The notes under the pieces were generated by a model that did no database searches, was not told the origin of the DNA, and was given only the letters and a program-made list of their open reading frames with translations. Positions 61,270 to 64,000 of a DNA stretch of 64,000 nucleotides are shown here, one piece after another; position 1 is the stretch's first letter, and each line of letters starts with the position of its first letter. The position numbers and the translations under genes were made by a program. The DNA is from Gammaproteobacteria bacterium (GTDB lineage Bacteria; Pseudomonadota; Gammaproteobacteria; Eutrophobiales; Eutrophobiaceae). The DNA is taken from assembly GCA_021773215.1 (NCBI GenBank), contig JAJFKM010000048.1, positions 12,923 through 76,922 on the forward strand, written 5' to 3'.

Positions 61270-62774
61270 GAATCTATTTCCGTCAAACGCCGAGCTAACT
61301 CACGATCACTGAAAGGCAATAATGACTCGCCAATCTGTTGTGTCGTTTCGTGACCTTTGCCTGCAATCAAAATCACATCATTTTTATTTGCATTTAAAAA
61401 CGTATTAGTAATCGCATCTGATCGATCATATTTAATAATAACGCTGGACTTGTCTTTTATACCTTCAAGAATATTCTCGACAATCTGTTCTGGTGCCTCT
61501 GTCCTTGGGTTATCATTGGTAAGGACGATCTGATCCGATAGCCGTTCAGAAATGGCCCCCATTTGTGAGCGTTTTCCTGCATCACGATCGCCGCCACAAC
61601 CGAAGACACAATATAATTTTCCTGAACAATATGATCTCAGTGCTATTAACGCCTTTTCAAGTGCGTCTGGTGTATGCGCGTAATCAATAACAAGTAATGA
61701 TTTTCCCTCAGCAGCAAAGTATTCCATTCGACCAGGAATGCCGGTAAACCCTGACAATGTCTCAGCGATTTTATCTAGATCAAAACCAGACACACAGAGT
61801 GTTGCAAAAGCAGCAAGAATATTATCTACATTAAACTCACCTAATAAACTTGTCTGTACAATCGCTTGGCCCCAAGAACTGTCTATTGATATCGTTAAAC
61901 TCAGATTATTAGATTCGATGTTTTTGCAATAGACATATGAAACATTTTTGTTGTTAAACTCAGAGAGGTTTTGTTTCGCCGAATAAACAACGGTGCTCAA
62001 TGTTGAAGGCAATGATTCGATGAGTTGGACACCATAATTATCATCAATATTAACGATGGCATGCTTTAGTCCTGGTGATTCAAACAATTGAAATTTTGCT
62101 TCGGCGTAATCTTCAATTGTCTTATGATAATCAAGATGATCACGTGTCAAATTCGTAAACACGGCGATATCAAACTCTGCACCTGCAACTCTTCCCTGAT
62201 CTAGCGCATGCGATGATACTTCCATCGCAACAAATTCAATATCATCTCTCCAACTAGAGAATAAAGAGTGTAACTTAACAGGATCTGGGGTCGTCGATGT
62301 ACTGGCTTCTAACTGACGAAACTGGCCATAACCCAAGGTTCCTATGACAGCACTTTGCTTACCGATCACGTATAGGGCATAGGCAACCATGTAAGAGACC
62401 GTGGTCTTTCCATTAGTACCAGTAACACCGATTAATTGAATCGTCTTTGATGGCTCATCATAAAAGCGACTAATAATAATACCCGCCTGTTTACGTAAGC
62501 CTGGCACTTTAATTACCTTTATAGAACTTGGCTTAATATTAATTGCTTCATCTTCGTCAACTGCAACTGCAATTGCACCTGATTGAATCGCATCTTCAAT
62601 ATAATCGATACCGTTAGCTTGCGAACCTTTGTAAGCCAGGAACAAATCACCGGGTTTAACTTGTCTGCTATCTATAGCAACACCGGTAACAAAAAGATCT
62701 ACATCAGCTAGTGTGGGATCACACAAAAGCTCATCTAGTGATTTTGAATAATTCAAATTTTCAACCGTCATCAT
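61266..62774 (-). CDS. murE: UDP-N-acetylmuramoyl-L-alanyl-D-glutamate--2,6-diaminopimelate ligase MurE
   Basis: Mur ligase with GVTGTNGKTT and a DNPR-containing C-terminal region. Confidence 0.93.
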   Translation of the reverse strand: MMTVENLNYSKSLDELLCDPTLADVDLFVTGVAIDSRQVKPGDLFLAYKGSQANGIDYIEDAIQSGAIAVAVDEDEAINIKPSSIKVIKVPGLRKQAGIIISRFYDEPSKTIQLIGVTGTNGKTTVSYMVAYALYVIGKQSAVIGTLGYGQFRQLEASTSTTPDPVKLHSLFSSWRDDIEFVAMEVSSHALDQGRVAGAEFDIAVFTNLTRDHLDYHKTIEDYAEAKFQLFESPGLKHAIVNIDDNYGVQLIESLPSTLSTVVYSAKQNLSEFNNKNVSYVYCKNIESNNLSLTISIDSSWGQAIVQTSLLGEFNVDNILAAFATLCVSGFDLDKIAETLSGFTGIPGRMEYFAAEGKSLLVIDYAHTPDALEKALIALRSYCSGKLYCVFGCGGDRDAGKRSQMGAISERLSDQIVLTNDNPRTEAPEQIVENILEGIKDKSSVIIKYDRSDAITNTFLNANKNDVILIAGKGHETTQQIGESLLPFSDRELARRLTEIDS

Positions 62775-64000
62775 TAGTCAAACCCTTGTAACTGTTCTGG
62801 TTTCTGGCGATGCGCCATGATGGGACTGGTAAATGCGGGTAGGTCATCTGGTGGAATATTGAGTATTCGAAATGTTCCTTCCATAACTCTTGAAAAAACT
62901 GGTGCAGCAACAACACCACCATAATGATGGTCTCCACCCGGCTCATCGATCAAAACAACCATGGCGAAACGTGGTTCACTTGCAGGTGCAATTCCAGCAA
63001 ACACCGAAAGATAACGATCATCAGAATAACCACCACGTATAGACTTATGCACCGTGCCAGTCTTTCCAATAACACGATAGCCCTTGATCGCAGCACGCTT
63101 ACCGGTACCGTTCGCAGAGACAACTGTCTCCAACATCTTCCTCACCTGTCGTGTAATATTTTCTGGCATCACACGCTTGCCTGAAACAGAACCTTTAACC
63201 TTTATAAATGAAACTGGCAACATGACGCCACCCGTTGCCAAAACAGAGTAGGCATGGGCAAGTTGTAAGGGTGTTACCGAAAGACCATAACCAAATGACA
63301 ATGTTGCCATTTCAATTTCTGACCATGTATTAAATGGATTTAAAGTACCTGATGACTCTCCTGGGAAACCACTGCCAGTAGACTGACCAAAACCAAACCG
63401 ACTTAAAGCATCCCAATATTGTTCTGGCTCCAAAGATAAAGCGATCTTGCTAGCGCCAACATTACTCGATTTCGTAATAACAGTAGAGACATCAATTTTT
63501 CCATAATTACGCATATCCCGAACCGTGTATTCACCGACTTTATAATATCCTGGAGAAGTATTTATGAATGAATGAGGTTTGTAATTTCCGGATTCTAATC
63601 CAGCAGCAATTGTAAACGGTTTCATTGTAGAACCCGGCTCAAAGACATCCGTCACAGCACGATTCCGAAAATACTGGCTCTTTAAACCCTTCCGATTATT
63701 CGGGTTATAAGATGGCTGTCCAACCATCGCCATGATTTCACCAGTTCTAATATCCAACATCACTAGTGATCCGCCTTTTGCTCGATGATATTTAACTGCT
63801 GCTGCCAATTCTCGATAGGCAAGATATTGAACTCGTCGATCAATACTTAATTCGAGTTGTTTACCCGGCTCGGAAGGCTCAATACTTTCTATGTTTTGAA
63901 CGACTCTATTTAAGCGATCTTTCAATACGCGCTTCTTGCCCAGTTTACCCGTCAGCCAACTATCATAGGCCAACTCCAGGCCCTCCTGCCCTTTATCATC
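62774..64000 (-). CDS. ftsI: Peptidoglycan D,D-transpeptidase FtsI (PBP3), N-terminus beyond window end
   Basis: Transpeptidase motifs (STMKPF, SSN, KTGT). The ORF continues past position 64000. Confidence 0.9.
   Translation of the reverse strand, partial: DDKGQEGLELAYDSWLTGKLGKKRVLKDRLNRVVQNIESIEPSEPGKQLELSIDRRVQYLAYRELAAAVKYHRAKGGSLVMLDIRTGEIMAMVGQPSYNPNNRKGLKSQYFRNRAVTDVFEPGSTMKPFTIAAGLESGNYKPHSFINTSPGYYKVGEYTVRDMRNYGKIDVSTVITKSSNVGASKIALSLEPEQYWDALSRFGFGQSTGSGFPGESSGTLNPFNTWSEIEMATLSFGYGLSVTPLQLAHAYSVLATGGVMLPVSFIKVKGSVSGKRVMPENITRQVRKMLETVVSANGTGKRAAIKGYRVIGKTGTVHKSIRGGYSDDRYLSVFAGIAPASEPRFAMVVLIDEPGGDHHYGGVVAAPVFSRVMEGTFRILNIPPDDLPAFTSPIMAHRQKPEQLQGFD

Noticed and set aside
1-64000. 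Searched for tRNA/rRNA genes, CRISPR repeats, IS/transposase or integrase genes and toxin-antitoxin-like small gene pairs
   Set aside because: No cloverleaf-like conserved tRNA stretches, no regularly spaced direct repeats and no transposase or integrase-like ORFs were found by eye. All intergenic gaps longer than 150 bp (11331-11500, 16076-16411, 24657-24894, 35392-35543) are AT-rich promoter-like regions, not structured repeats. A computational scan (tRNAscan, CRISPR finder, ISfinder BLAST) would be needed to exclude these fully.

Overview
This 64-kb window comes from a low-GC gammaproteobacterial chromosome; I judged it AT-rich by eye and did not compute GC. The right ~40 kb (about 24.9-64 kb) is conserved housekeeping synteny. 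On the plus strand it carries sucC-sucD, nadE, rluD-pgeF, an inserted glutamate dehydrogenase, clpB, and the type IV pilus assembly genes pilB-pilC-pilD followed by coaE-zapD-yacG. bamD sits between nadE and rluD on the minus strand. After yacG the minus strand carries a MutT/ThiE-like fusion, argJ, secA, an M23 peptidase, lpxC, and a compact dcw cluster (ftsZ-ftsA-ftsQ-ddl-murB-murC-murG-ftsW-murD-mraY-murF-murE-ftsI, with ftsI running off the window end). A DUF721 gene sits on the plus strand between the M23 peptidase and lpxC. The left ~22 kb is an accessory glycan island, all on the minus strand, immediately downstream of pilS-pilR. It contains a short type IV major pilin gene (pilA-like) with a sigma-54 promoter and a terminator. 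The pilin gene is flanked by two large GT-C-fold membrane glycosyltransferases and two polyprenyl-phosphate GT2 sugar transferases, one of them fused to a GtrA-like domain. The same block holds a multi-TM protein with a spermidine-synthase-fold domain that carries a G8 homopolymer tract, plus a GT4 enzyme, a winged-HTH regulator and another GT. Next comes an unusual nucleotide-sugar pathway: a cobalamin/radical-SAM enzyme, a GHMP sugar kinase, a TPP-dependent E1 alpha/beta pair, a DegT aminotransferase, an NDP-sugar pyrophosphorylase, an SDR epimerase/reductase and a Nudix hydrolase. The island ends with a Wzm/Wzt ABC exporter that is cut off at window position 1. No rRNA, tRNA, CRISPR or transposase/integrase genes were seen. 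The best candidate for an undescribed system is the pilin-centred, lipid-linked glycosylation module together with its complex-sugar pathway, which probably makes a C-branched and/or C-methylated amino sugar.
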